64,000 bases of DNA from Longimicrobiales bacterium. GTDB taxonomy: Bacteria; Gemmatimonadota; Gemmatimonadetes; Longimicrobiales; Gaopeijiaceae. The DNA is taken from NCBI GenBank assembly GCA_965218295.1, contig CBDCKN010000003.1, positions 448,001 through 512,000 of the forward strand, read 5' to 3'. This document shows, in pieces, positions 1 through 9,956 of the stretch (positions are counted from its first letter, which is position 1; the number at the start of each line of letters is the position of its first letter). The position numbers were made by a program, and so were the translations under genes. The notes under the pieces were generated by a model. That model made no database searches, was not told the origin of the DNA, and worked only from the letters and a program-made list of their open reading frames with translations.

Positions 1-615
1 GATATCCGTGTAAGTGAACATGGCGTCCTTGGCGCGGGAGTAATCCATCCACCGGGCACGTGAGGCCACGTCCACAGGGCCGACCTTCCAACGCTTCCGC
101 GGATCGTCCATGCGATCGCGGAGCCGCCGCTCCTGCTCCTCGGCGCTGATGGCGAACCAGTACTTGATGAGAATCATCCCCGAATTGACGAGCATTCTCT
201 CGAAGTCCGGACAGGACCGAAGAAACTCCCGGTACTCGTCGTCGGTGCAGAACCCCATCACGCGCTCCACCCCCGCCCGGTTGTACCAGCTCCTATCGAA
301 CAGGACCATCTCTCCGGCGCCAGGCAGATGGGGCGCGTACCGCTGGAAGTACCACTGGCTCTTCTCGCGCTCCGTGGGGATGCCCAGTGCCACGACCCTC
401 ACAACGCGAGCGTTCAGCCGCTGGGTGATCCGCTTGATGACTCCACCCTTACCGGCGGCGTCACGGCCCTCGAAGATGATGGCCACCCTCATCCGCGTGT
501 GCTTGATCCAGTCCTGAAGGCTCACGAGCTCCTCCTGCAGCCTGAGGAGCTCGCTCTCGTAGTACTTCTTTTCGATTCGGCCGTCCGGCCTGTATCGCTT
601 CGTCATTGTGTGCAT
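1..615 (-). CDS. ppk2: Polyphosphate kinase 2, runs off the left edge
   Basis: Manual minus-strand translation from ATG 615 (or 606) gives FEGRDAAGKGGVIKRI, PTEREKSQWYFQRY and LFDRSWYNR, all PPK2 motifs. Not in the ORF track because it has no stop in the window. Confidence 0.93.
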   Translation of the reverse strand, partial: MHTMTKRYRPDGRIEKKYYESELLRLQEELVSLQDWIKHTRMRVAIIFEGRDAAGKGGVIKRITQRLNARVVRVVALGIPTEREKSQWYFQRYAPHLPGAGEMVLFDRSWYNRAGVERVMGFCTDDEYREFLRSCPDFERMLVNSGMILIKYWFAISAEEQERRLRDRMDDPRKRWKVGPVDVASRARWMDYSRAKDAMFTYTDI

Positions 616-785
616 CTCCGATGAGATCCGTTCGGTCGGGTAAACATGCTCCCCCGGTGCCACTCCGGTGTACACCAAGATATCGCCGATCTTGGACGGA
701 GAGTTCCAAAACGATCAACGTTCGTCGCGGGCGAGTCGGAAGGCGCCGTCCTCATGATTTCGCCCGTTTTCTCTGGAGAAGTGAA

Positions 786-2237
786 GTGAAGGCCGATACT
801 GGTTTTCTGCTCTGCATATCAGGCCTGGGAGCCGCCCTGGTGGTCGCCGCAGCCGCACCGGCCCCGGTCGAGCCCGCGGTCGAATGGACTCCCCCGGAGG
901 CCACGGTCCGGTACGATGGAGTCCGGAGGGTCTTCGAGGCCAAGTGCGTGAGCTGCCATACGGGGTCGGACGCCGCCCGGGGCCTTCGCCTGGACTCGTG
1001 GGAGAGCACCATCGCCGGTTCGGACGAGGGTGAGGCCGTCATCGCGTACGACGCCGCTCGCTCGCTACTCATCGAGCTGACGACCAAGCTGGTGGGTGGC
1101 CCCCACCCGGCCGAGCTCGACGCCGAAGGACTCACAGAGGATGAGGTGTCGCTCCTAAGCGCATGGATCGACGAGGGAGCCCCGTCGGAATCCGGAGAGA
1201 TCCCGTACGCCGACGCGAACCAGCTCCTCTATGCGGCCAACCAGAGCGAGGCCATGGTCTCGGTCATCGATATGGAGACCAACCAGGTCGTCCGCATCGT
1301 CGACCTACAGACGCTGGGCCTTCCGGAGAACGCCTCGCCCCATCACATCGCCGTGGAGCCCGACGGATCGTACTGGTATCTGTCCGTCATCGCGGCGAAC
1401 CAGATCCTCAAGTTCGATCGCCAAAACCAGCTCGTGGCAAGAATCGACTTCGTCAGGCCGGGTCTGCTGGCGCTGGATCCCGAGGGTGAGAATCTCTACG
1501 CCGGCCGCTCCATGGCTGCCGTTTCCCCGCCCCAGGAGATCGGAGTGATCCGCCGCTCGGACATGAGCTTCGAGGAGGTTGGCATCTTCATCCCGAGACC
1601 TCACGCCCTGGCCGTCCAGCCCGGTACCGGAACCGTCTATACCGCCAGCTTGGCCGTCAATCAGATCGCGTCCTACTATCCGGAAGACGAGGCGCTGGAG
1701 CTCACTGACCTCGGGGGTGACCGGCCCCACACCCTCATCGGGTTCGCGACGTCGCCCGACGGTCGGTGGATGGTGGGCACGACCCAGCTGACCGCAACGG
1801 TCTTCGTGTTCGATCTCAAGCGGGCACCCGACATGACTCCGGTGGACACCATCGCCGTGAATGCCGCTCCCTGGCACCCGGTGTTCACGCCCGACGGCCG
1901 CTGGGTCTACGTCGGGAACAACTGGGACAACACGGCGAACGTCATCGACATGGAGACGCGGACCCTCGCCAAGGTCATCGAGGGGAACGGTCTGGCCCAG
2001 CCCCATGGGGCCGCGGTCTCGCCGGACGGAAGCTTCGTGTACATCGGCAGCCGGAACCTCGAAATGCCCGAGGGCCACAGCAAGTACGGCCACATGTACA
2101 CGCCACGCTACGACACGGGCGACAACGCGCGGGCGGGGACCGTGGTCGTGATCGACACCGAGACCCAGGAGATCGTGAAGGTCATCGAGATCGAAGGGTA
2201 CGGTGCCGGGCTGGGGACCGCGGCCCGGATGCCCTGA
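786..2237 (+). CDS. Exported c-type cytochrome domain fused to a YVTN/YncE-type beta-propeller
   Basis: GTG 786 after GGAG; hydrophobic signal peptide; CVSCH haem motif; 'LSAWIDEGA' end of a planctomycete-type cytochrome c domain; repeated 'SPDGxxxYV' and 'VSVID' blades. Confidence 0.8.
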   Translation: MKADTGFLLCISGLGAALVVAAAAPAPVEPAVEWTPPEATVRYDGVRRVFEAKCVSCHTGSDAARGLRLDSWESTIAGSDEGEAVIAYDAARSLLIELTTKLVGGPHPAELDAEGLTEDEVSLLSAWIDEGAPSESGEIPYADANQLLYAANQSEAMVSVIDMETNQVVRIVDLQTLGLPENASPHHIAVEPDGSYWYLSVIAANQILKFDRQNQLVARIDFVRPGLLALDPEGENLYAGRSMAAVSPPQEIGVIRRSDMSFEEVGIFIPRPHALAVQPGTGTVYTASLAVNQIASYYPEDEALELTDLGGDRPHTLIGFATSPDGRWMVGTTQLTATVFVFDLKRAPDMTPVDTIAVNAAPWHPVFTPDGRWVYVGNNWDNTANVIDMETRTLAKVIEGNGLAQPHGAAVSPDGSFVYIGSRNLEMPEGHSKYGHMYTPRYDTGDNARAGTVVVIDTETQEIVKVIEIEGYGAGLGTAARMP

Positions 2238-2294
2238 GCCGGGCGGGGCGCCGATCGGAGCCCCACCCCAGCATGGCCGAGCCTGAAGGCTAGT

Positions 2295-4187
2295 CTAACG
2301 CATCACCCCCAACACCAAGTGGGACGGATTCCCAGCAGACCGGTAGACGGTCTGGGTGGCCATCTGATAGTCCTCTGGCTGGGCATGATAGATGTCCACG
2401 AAGGTCTGGGGGTTCCGGTCATATGCCGGGAACCACGAGCTCTGCACGTGCACCATGATGCGGTGCCCGGCCAGAAACGTGTGGTATTTGTCCTTCAGAT
2501 CGATATCGATCCGGGTAACCTCTCCGGGTACCATGGGCTCCGGATGCTCCATGCTGCTCCGGAATTTCCCTCGCATGATCTCGCCGGCCACGTGCATCTG
2601 GAAGCCTCCCATGGGCACGCCGCAGGACTCGCTCCGGGGGGCATCGCCGGGATAGACGTCGATGAGCTTTACGATCCAGTCCGAGTCGGTACCGGTGGTG
2701 GAGACGTAGATGTTGGCCAGGATGGGCCCGGCGATGGTCAGGTCCTCGGTCAGGGGCTCCGAGACGTAGGTCAGGACGTCCGGCCGGCTCGACGCGAAGC
2801 GCTGATCCTCGACCTTCCACAGATGCCCAAGCGTAGTCCGAATCTCCGCCGAAAACGGAACCGGGTGATTCGGATCGCTCACGTAGCTGTCGGACGCGTC
2901 GGTGCCTGTTTCGGTCGGCTCGTCGAAGGCAAGGGTGCCGTCCACACGCAGGTAGAGGTTCGTCTGGCTGAGGCCCGGTGGGGGCCAACGGTCGAGGGTC
3001 CTCCACTCGTTGCGTCCGGTCTCGAAGACGACAGCCTCGGGCGCGCTCCAGTCCCCCTCGCCCTTGAGGTGATACCGGAAGAAGGGAAGCTGCACCTGGG
3101 TCTGGAAATCGACGGACGTCGGCGTGTCGAACTCGATGCACCCCAGGTAATCGCCGGCCATGCTCCTCCATCCACCGTGGAGCCAAGGCCCCACGGCAAG
3201 GGTGTTCTGGCTGGCGGGGCTCATCTCCTCGATGGTCCGGTAGATCGACATGGGCCCGTAGAAGTCCTCGGTGTCGAACCACCCCGCGACGTTCAGGACC
3301 GCGTGATCGATGCCGTCCAGGTGCAGCAAGGCATTCTGCCGTTGCCAGTACTCGTCGTACGTCCCGTGCTCCATGAAGTCGTTCCAAGCGATAACGTCGC
3401 CGTGGAAGTACTTGTCGTCGATGCCTGCAGCCGACCCGGCCTCCAGGAAGAACCCGTATCCCCACGGAGTGCCGTAGTCGAAGCGATCCGACCTCGACTC
3501 GGTGGGGCCCGTCCGCACCCGAGCGTTGGACGAGAGCCAGCTGAAGGCGTACATGATCCGGAAGGCGCCGTTGTGGTGCCAGTCGTCGCCGATGAACATG
3601 TCCGAGGGCGACGCCTGTGGGGACGACGCGACCAGTGCAGGGTGCCGGTCCACCATGCCCATGACGGTCTGCCATCCCGGGTACGAGATGCCCCACTGCC
3701 CCACTCTTCCGTTGTCGTTGGGTAAATGCTCCAGGGCCCATTCGATGGTGTCGTAGTTGTCGGTGCTCTCGTCCACGTCACCCGATCCGGGCCGATCCCG
3801 AGCCAGCGGCTTGATCACCTCGAACTCGCCCTCGGAGCGGAATTTCCCGCGGACGTCCTGGAAGACGAAGATGTATCCGTTCCGGTCGAACTCGGCCGTG
3901 GGCCCCAGCGGGGAGAGAAACCGGTCCGGCTCGTACGGCCCGATGGAGTACGGCGTCCTCAAGAGCATCACAGGATACTCCTCGGTGTCGTCCTTAGGGG
4001 CGTACACGATTGTGTAGAGCCGTACACCGTCCCTCATGGGCACCATGTGCTCCGTCTTGACGTAGCTCTCGCGCAGATAGTCCTCGTGGCTCTGCTGTGG
4101 AGTGAGAGTGTCGTCAGCGGCACTCCACAGCGCCGAAGCGGGAAGGAGCAGCACCGCCGCGGACAGGAGTGCGTGAGTGGTCTTCAT
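2295..4187 (-). CDS. CocE/NonD family serine hydrolase (alpha-amino acid ester hydrolase/glutaryl-7-ACA acylase-like), exported
   Basis: MVPMRDGVRL, RTPY, QDVRG, GISYPG nucleophile motif, GWFD, GPWxHG, C-terminal PepX-like domain; signal peptide. Confidence 0.92.
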   Translation of the reverse strand: MKTTHALLSAAVLLLPASALWSAADDTLTPQQSHEDYLRESYVKTEHMVPMRDGVRLYTIVYAPKDDTEEYPVMLLRTPYSIGPYEPDRFLSPLGPTAEFDRNGYIFVFQDVRGKFRSEGEFEVIKPLARDRPGSGDVDESTDNYDTIEWALEHLPNDNGRVGQWGISYPGWQTVMGMVDRHPALVASSPQASPSDMFIGDDWHHNGAFRIMYAFSWLSSNARVRTGPTESRSDRFDYGTPWGYGFFLEAGSAAGIDDKYFHGDVIAWNDFMEHGTYDEYWQRQNALLHLDGIDHAVLNVAGWFDTEDFYGPMSIYRTIEEMSPASQNTLAVGPWLHGGWRSMAGDYLGCIEFDTPTSVDFQTQVQLPFFRYHLKGEGDWSAPEAVVFETGRNEWRTLDRWPPPGLSQTNLYLRVDGTLAFDEPTETGTDASDSYVSDPNHPVPFSAEIRTTLGHLWKVEDQRFASSRPDVLTYVSEPLTEDLTIAGPILANIYVSTTGTDSDWIVKLIDVYPGDAPRSESCGVPMGGFQMHVAGEIMRGKFRSSMEHPEPMVPGEVTRIDIDLKDKYHTFLAGHRIMVHVQSSWFPAYDRNPQTFVDIYHAQPEDYQMATQTVYRSAGNPSHLVLGVMR

Positions 4188-4294
4188 TATGGGCCTGCCT
4201 CTACGTCGCTGGTGTCGTGAGTCTTGCTCGGTCGTCGGGTACGGCGTGGTGGGGTGGTAGCCTGCGGTAGCGTACCATCCGCCCCTCGATCCTG

Positions 4295-7200
4295 CTAGTC
4301 CGCTTCCGCCTCGGCTTCCGCTTCTGCTGCGGCGTTAGGCGAGGCTCCCGACTCGGCTACCACCTGCGCGGCAGCGTCCAGCTCTGCTTCGGCGTCCGCC
4401 ACGGCCATGCGCACCTTCAGGAGCGTGTCCGGCGTGACGGACATCGAGGTGATGCCGGCATGGACGAGGAAGGGCGGGACCTCATCGGGGTGATCGGAGG
4501 GCGCCTGCCCGCAAATCCCCATGGACAGCCCCTGGGACGTGAACTCCTCGATGGCACGCTGAATCATGCGCTTCACCGCCGGCGAGCGCGCGTCCACCGG
4601 GTAGGCATAGTCCTCCAGGTCGTCTCTCGACACGGCGTACACGGTCTGGACCAAGTCGTTGGACCCGATGGATCCGCCGGTGAGCTGCATCTCGGCGATG
4701 AAGCCCTCGGCATCGATGACGTTGGAGGGAAGCTCCACCATGAGGTAGAGAGGCACTCCCGCCTGGGGCGAGAGCCCGTGGCGATCGAGCTGGCGGATCA
4801 CCTGTGCTCCCTCCTCCGGCGTCCGGCAGAAGGGGATCATGACCTGAAGATTATCCAGCCCGACCTGCTGACGTACCGCCCTGAGCGCGTCGCATTCCAT
4901 ATCGAACGCCGGCAAGAAGCGTGGATCCACGTAACGCGACGCGCCCCGCCATGCGATCATCGGGTTCTCCTCGTGAGGCTCGAATATGCGTCCACCCAGA
5001 AGCTCCCGGTACTCGTTGGACTTGAGGTCCGAGAGCCGTACCAGGACGGGCCGCGGATAGAAGGCGGCGCATATGAGTGCAACGCCGTAAAGCACCTGTT
5101 CAACGAAGAACTGGCGGCGGTCCGCGTAGGCGGGCGTGCGGCGCTCGATGGCCCCCACGAGGGTGTCGAGCTCGTGGTGGTCGAAACTCTCGATCCTCTC
5201 CCGGAAGGGCTCGAGCTCGGGCGCGAGCTCACCCGTGCCCACGAATGTGCGGAGCTCCTCGTAATAGAGGAGCGCCAACGGATGAATCCCCACCTGGGCG
5301 GTCAAGATGAATTCGAGGCGGGCCAGCCCGACCCCGTCGCTGGGTAGTATGGCGTCCTGGAGCGCCTTGGCGGGGAATCCTACGTTGAGCTGCACCTTGG
5401 TACGCAGTGAGGGCAGCTCACCGAGGTCGACACGCTGCACCTCAAAGGGGTGTTCGCCGTCGTAGACCACGCCCGTGTCGCCCTCGGCGCACGATCCGGT
5501 GACCACGCTCAGCGGCTCGAGTATCCCTGTGGCATCGTCGCACCCCACAATGGCGGGAATGCCGAACTCTCGGGCCACGATGGCGGCGTGCGACGTCCGG
5601 CCGCCCTTCTCGGTGACCACCAGGGAGGCATCCTTCATCATGGGCTCCCAGTCCGGCGTCGTGAGCGACGTGACCAGGACGTCTCCGGTATCGAAGACGT
5701 GGGCCTGGGGGGGGATCTCCTCGAGGGCGCGGCCGTCCTTGAGCATGTTCCTGAGCGCCCGCTTCTTCTCGATGACCTCCTGGTAGTCCTTGTAGACCCT
5801 CACCTTTCCTGACCCGATGCGCGTCCCCACCGCCTGGCCGCTCAGGAGAACCTTGCCGTCGCTCCGCAGCTTCTCGGTGAGCGCCTCGTCCATGGAGTAG
5901 GTCTCGAGGATGTTCCTCTGCTCCTCCCCCGAGTGGATGGTCTCGGGACGGGCCTGCACGATGAAGAGATCGCCGCTGTAGCCGTCCTTGGCCCACTCGA
6001 TGTCCATGGGCCTTCCGTAGTGGTCCTCGATGACCAGGGCCATGCGCGCCAGCTCGAGGGCCTCCTCCGAGGTCAGCGACCACACTCGGCGGCGGCTGCC
6101 CTGCACGTCCACGCTCTCGGTGGCGGTACCTCCTTGCGTGGAGTAGACGAGCTTCACGTCCTTGGCGCCCAGCCAGCGGTGAACGACCGCCGAACGCCCT
6201 CTCCGGAGTCCCTCCTTCCAGATGAGAAAGAAGTCTGGGGAGACCGTCCCCTGCACCACCATCTCTCCGAGCCCGTACGACGAGGAGACGTGCACCACGT
6301 TCCGGTTCCCGGACTCCGGGTCCATGGTGAACATCACGCCGGAGGTCGCGATGTCCGACCGCACCATCTTCATGACGACGACCGAGACTGCTCCCTCGAG
6401 AGGGTCCATGCCCCGTGCGAGCTGATAGCTGATGGCGCGCTCCGTGAAGGCGCTGGCGCAGCACTTCTTCCACGCCTCGACGATCTCGACGAGTCCCCTG
6501 ACGTTCAGGTACGAATCGTACTGGCCCGCGAACGAGGCCAGCTCCGAATCCTCGCGAGTGGCCGAGGAGCGCACGGCCGCGTCGACGTCACTACCGTATT
6601 CGAGGCACAGGGCCTCGTACCCTTCGGCGAGAGCGTCCTGAATGGCCCCCGGCACGGGCGTGGCCTTCACCAGGTCCCGCGCCAACTCGGCCCGGGCATT
6701 CATCTCCACGTCGTCGTCGAGGTGGGCGTCCCGGAAGAGCACCTCCAGTGCGGTCCGGAGCGCGGCCGACTGGAGCGCCTTCGAGGCCCCGCGGCCCAAT
6801 GACTCGTGGCCGGTGACATCGTCCCAGGACTCCGGAGAGACCGAAGCGTCGAGGAAGGACGCGTACGCATGGGCCGTGGTGGCGAATCCGTTGGGAACCC
6901 GGATCCCCTTGCCGTCCAGGTTTTGGTACATCTCCCCTAGAGAAGCCGCCTTGCCGCCGACGATCGGGCCGTCCTCGGCGGTGATCTCGCCGAACCAGCG
7001 GGTCAGTGAACCGAGCCCCTCACCGACGATGCTCCCCTCCAGCCCCTCCGAGCTCTCGAGGCTCACGTCCACCGCCGTAGGTTCCTCCTCTGCCCGAGCG
7101 TGCCCGATGGGGGCTTCATTGGACACCTGACCCTCGACCGTGGCGCCCGTGGGTCCCTCAGCGGTCTCGTTGGCGGCACTCTCTGAAGCGGATGGGAACC

Positions 7201-7297
7201 GGTCGAAAGCAGCACCTGGCGAATCTCCGGGAGGGTGAGTCACGGTTGCTAGGCTCCAGTCTGTGGCTGATTGAGTTGGGCAGCCATTACCCGACAC
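4295..7297 (-). CDS. ppsA: Phosphoenolpyruvate synthase (pyruvate, water dikinase); start uncertain
   Basis: VGGKAASLGEM, AVRSSATRED, SFAGQ, DIEWAKDG, QARPET, phospho-His motif GGRTSHAAIVARE, EENPMIAWRGASRY, SIGSNDL, GICGQAPSD. Confidence 0.9.
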   Translation of the reverse strand: MSGNGCPTQSATDWSLATVTHPPGDSPGAAFDRFPSASESAANETAEGPTGATVEGQVSNEAPIGHARAEEEPTAVDVSLESSEGLEGSIVGEGLGSLTRWFGEITAEDGPIVGGKAASLGEMYQNLDGKGIRVPNGFATTAHAYASFLDASVSPESWDDVTGHESLGRGASKALQSAALRTALEVLFRDAHLDDDVEMNARAELARDLVKATPVPGAIQDALAEGYEALCLEYGSDVDAAVRSSATREDSELASFAGQYDSYLNVRGLVEIVEAWKKCCASAFTERAISYQLARGMDPLEGAVSVVVMKMVRSDIATSGVMFTMDPESGNRNVVHVSSSYGLGEMVVQGTVSPDFFLIWKEGLRRGRSAVVHRWLGAKDVKLVYSTQGGTATESVDVQGSRRRVWSLTSEEALELARMALVIEDHYGRPMDIEWAKDGYSGDLFIVQARPETIHSGEEQRNILETYSMDEALTEKLRSDGKVLLSGQAVGTRIGSGKVRVYKDYQEVIEKKRALRNMLKDGRALEEIPPQAHVFDTGDVLVTSLTTPDWEPMMKDASLVVTEKGGRTSHAAIVAREFGIPAIVGCDDATGILEPLSVVTGSCAEGDTGVVYDGEHPFEVQRVDLGELPSLRTKVQLNVGFPAKALQDAILPSDGVGLARLEFILTAQVGIHPLALLYYEELRTFVGTGELAPELEPFRERIESFDHHELDTLVGAIERRTPAYADRRQFFVEQVLYGVALICAAFYPRPVLVRLSDLKSNEYRELLGGRIFEPHEENPMIAWRGASRYVDPRFLPAFDMECDALRAVRQQVGLDNLQVMIPFCRTPEEGAQVIRQLDRHGLSPQAGVPLYLMVELPSNVIDAEGFIAEMQLTGGSIGSNDLVQTVYAVSRDDLEDYAYPVDARSPAVKRMIQRAIEEFTSQGLSMGICGQAPSDHPDEVPPFLVHAGITSMSVTPDTLLKVRMAVADAEAELDAAAQVVAESGASPNAAAEAEAEAEAD

Positions 7298-7429
7298 GAT
7301 CGGGAGTGGTCGACGCTGGGAGGCTTGCGAACCGAGCCGTCTAGCACAAGAGCTCGCACGCTCCCTTCATCCTACAAAGATGTTTTCGATTTCTGGGTGC
7401 CACAACAGAAATGATATGGCACATGAGAG

Positions 7430-7454
7430 GCCGCCTCCGTCTCTGGAGGGCGGC
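7430..7454 (-). terminator. GC-rich hairpin downstream of the SRPBCC gene
   Basis: gccgcctcc-gtctct-ggagggcggc stem-loop with a 1-nt bulge; no clear U tract. Confidence 0.35.
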
Positions 7455-7503
7455 TCAAGAGTTGCTTCACTGTCGATTGGCGAGGCGACCAGCGGGTTGG
7501 ACG

Positions 7504-7944
7504 CTAGCTGAACAGCGCCTCCAGCTGGTTCAGGCAGCTCCCCCACCCTTCCTCGTGTCCGGCCTTCGCCTCGGCGCTCGGGAAGAGCTCATGGCCAACC
7601 ACCACTTCGGTGGACCCTCCCACGTCGTTGAACTGCACCGTGACGATGGTCTCGCCCACCTTGTGCTCCTCCTGCACCCAATCCCATGTGTAGACCAGCC
7701 GCCTGGGAGCGTCGACCTCCCGGTACTCACCGATGGCCGTGTACTCCTCGCCCTCGGCCCCCCTCATGTGGATGGCGAACCTTCCGCCGACGCGAAGGTC
7801 GGTCTCCACCTTCTCGACCGTGGCGTACTCGGGACAGGACCAGCGCTTCATCTGGTCCGGCTCGGTCCACGCCCGAAACACCGTGTCGGTGTCTGCCTTG
7901 ATCAGGCGGGTGATCTCCAGGGCCGTACTCGTGTCGGTGCTCAT
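7504..7944 (-). CDS. SRPBCC/AHSA1-like (START-fold) protein
   Basis: VFRAWTEP, DLRVGGRF, GEYREVDAPRRLVYTW, HEEGWGSCLNQL. Confidence 0.9.
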   Translation of the reverse strand: MSTDTSTALEITRLIKADTDTVFRAWTEPDQMKRWSCPEYATVEKVETDLRVGGRFAIHMRGAEGEEYTAIGEYREVDAPRRLVYTWDWVQEEHKVGETIVTVQFNDVGGSTEVVVGHELFPSAEAKAGHEEGWGSCLNQLEALFS

Positions 7945-8297
7945 TCTTCTTCCTCCTCCTCTTCAGATGTTGCCGCGTGCGGTTCGAGATAGCGGGCGAG
8001 CGAGTCGAGTTGGCTCTCCCAGTACCGTCGGTATCGCTCGACCCAGGCGGCCGCTTCCTGCATGGGAGCCGCATCCAGCTCACAGCGGCTGATCCGTCCA
8101 TCGGGCGTCCGGCTCACAAGGCCTGCCCTCTCCAGGACTCGCAGGTGCTTCGAGATGGCCGGCCGCGATACGTCGAAGGGCCGCGCCAGCTCTCCCACCG
8201 TCGCCTCGCCTTGGGCGAGGCGTGCGAGGATAGCCCGCCGTTTGGGATCCGACAGGGCGCCGAACGTGAGGTCGAGCTTCCTACTATTAGTAACCAT
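7941..8297 (-). CDS. ArsR/SmtB family transcriptional regulator
   Basis: FGALSDPKRRAIL...VGELA...SRPAISKHLRVLERAGLV; overlaps the SRPBCC start (ATGA). Start taken as ATG 8297. Confidence 0.9.
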   Translation of the reverse strand: MVTNSRKLDLTFGALSDPKRRAILARLAQGEATVGELARPFDVSRPAISKHLRVLERAGLVSRTPDGRISRCELDAAPMQEAAAWVERYRRYWESQLDSLARYLEPHAATSEEEEEEE

Positions 8298-8305
8298 ATG
8301 GTTAC
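8290..8305. promoter_or_regulatory. Putative ArsR autoregulatory operator
   Basis: Perfect 16-bp palindrome GTAACCATATGGTTAC spanning the ArsR start codon, just downstream of a minus-strand TTGATC-N16-TATATT promoter-like element. Confidence 0.7.
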
Positions 8306-8364
8306 CAATATACACGCAGCACGCCTTTGATCAAGAGCGCGGTCGAGTCAATATGCTCTCGGGG

Positions 8365-9956
8365 TCAGCCCCTCCCGTCCCTGAGAATTTCCCGCGCCGC
8401 GTTATATCCCGGGTATCCGGTGACCCCGCCTCCGGGGTGCGTCCCCGCCCCACAGAGGTAGAGTCCGCCAATGGGCGTGCGATAGCGGGCGAGACCGGGA
8501 ACTGGCCGCATGAAGAACAGCTGATCCAGCGTGTGCTCTCCATGGTAGATGTTCCCTTCGGAGAGCCCTTAGGTTCTCTCTCGAGATCCAGCGGAGTCAG
8601 GACCTGACGGTGGACGATGGCCGACTCCAGGTTGGGCGCGTATTCGGACAACGTCCTCACGACGGCGTCCCCGAGCCGCTCTCGGGCGGCGGCGTCCCAC
8701 GCGCCCTCTTTGAGCCGGTAGGGTGCATACTGGGCCACGATGGACATGACGTGCTTCCCCGACTCGGCCAGGTCCGGGTCGGTGGCGGAGGGGATGGACA
8801 CCTCCAGGTAGGGGTGTCGGGAAGCCGCTCCGTACTTCGCGTCATCGTACGCCCGCTCCAGGTATTCCAGGCTGGGACCGATGGAGATGACGCCATTCAG
8901 ATGCGGGCCGCCCTCCGGGACCCCGGCAAAGCGGGGCAGCTCCCCCAGCACCAGATGAACCTTGGCGCTGGCGCCCTTGAACCGGATGTTCTTCACCTTG
9001 CGAACGAGCTCTGGCTCGAGCTCCGTCGGGCCCACGAGGTCGAAGAACGTCCGACGGGGATCGGCGTTGGAGACCACGCGGGCCGCCCGGAATTCCTCAC
9101 CGCTGGAGAGAGCCACGCCAGTGGCCCGGCCGTCCTTCACGATCACGCGCTCGACGGGCTGGCTCGTCCTCACGTCGACCCCGTGTCCTCGGGCCGCTGC
9201 CGCCAGAGCTCTGGTCAGCTCGCCCACACCACCCCTCACCCGAGTGGTCGGCCGGAGAACGCCGCTTCCAGCCCCGACGTGGTGGTGCAGGAGCGCGTAC
9301 GCAGTCCCCGCGGCCATGGGACCCTGGAACATCCCGGCTATGCCGGCGGCAGCCAGGGTCCCCTTGAGGACATCGCTCTCGAACCAATCCCCCAGCAGCT
9401 CGGACACGGCCATGGGGAGGATCCGCATGACCTCGACCATGTCCTTCTTGCCCAGCCGCCGGAGGCCGGCACCCAGCTTCAGAACGGACCAGAGATCCCG
9501 TGGGTCGTTGCCGGTCACATTGGGGGGCGTGGCGGACCAGGCGGCCTGGAGAACCGCTGCCGCCTTGCCGATCAGCTCACCGAAAGGGATCCAAGCCTCG
9601 GCGTCCGCCGGTGAGATCTGGCGCACGGCTTCCACGGTCCGCTTCGGTTCCCGCCAAAGCAGGAGATGGCGTCCGTCGGGCGCGGGAGCAAACACGGTGG
9701 GATCGGCCTGGACGACCTCCAGGCCGTGGCGCTTCAGATCCAGATCCCGGACCACCGCCGGATGGAGCCCACCGATTCGGTGCGCGGCCGTGTCGAACTT
9801 GAAGCCTGGAAAGACCTGCTCGGTGACGGCGGCTCCGCCGATCACCTCCCGCCGCTCCAGAACCAGCACCTTGAGGCCGGCCCTGCCCAGGTACGCGGCC
9901 GTCACGAGGCCGTTGTGGCCCGCGCCGATGACGATGGCGTCGTACGGGCCCGTCAT
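8365..9956 (-). CDS. FAD-dependent oxidoreductase, phytoene dehydrogenase/PYROXD2-like (frameshift ~8575)
   Basis: GAGHNGLVTAAYL, YLERAYDDAKYG; the C-terminus GNIYHGE...LYLCGAGTHPGGGVTG continues in another frame to TGA at 8365. Confidence 0.85.

Noticed and set aside
786..2237. Nitrite reductase NirS
   Set aside because: Similar layout but no recognisable NirS motifs and no haem d1 biosynthesis genes nearby.
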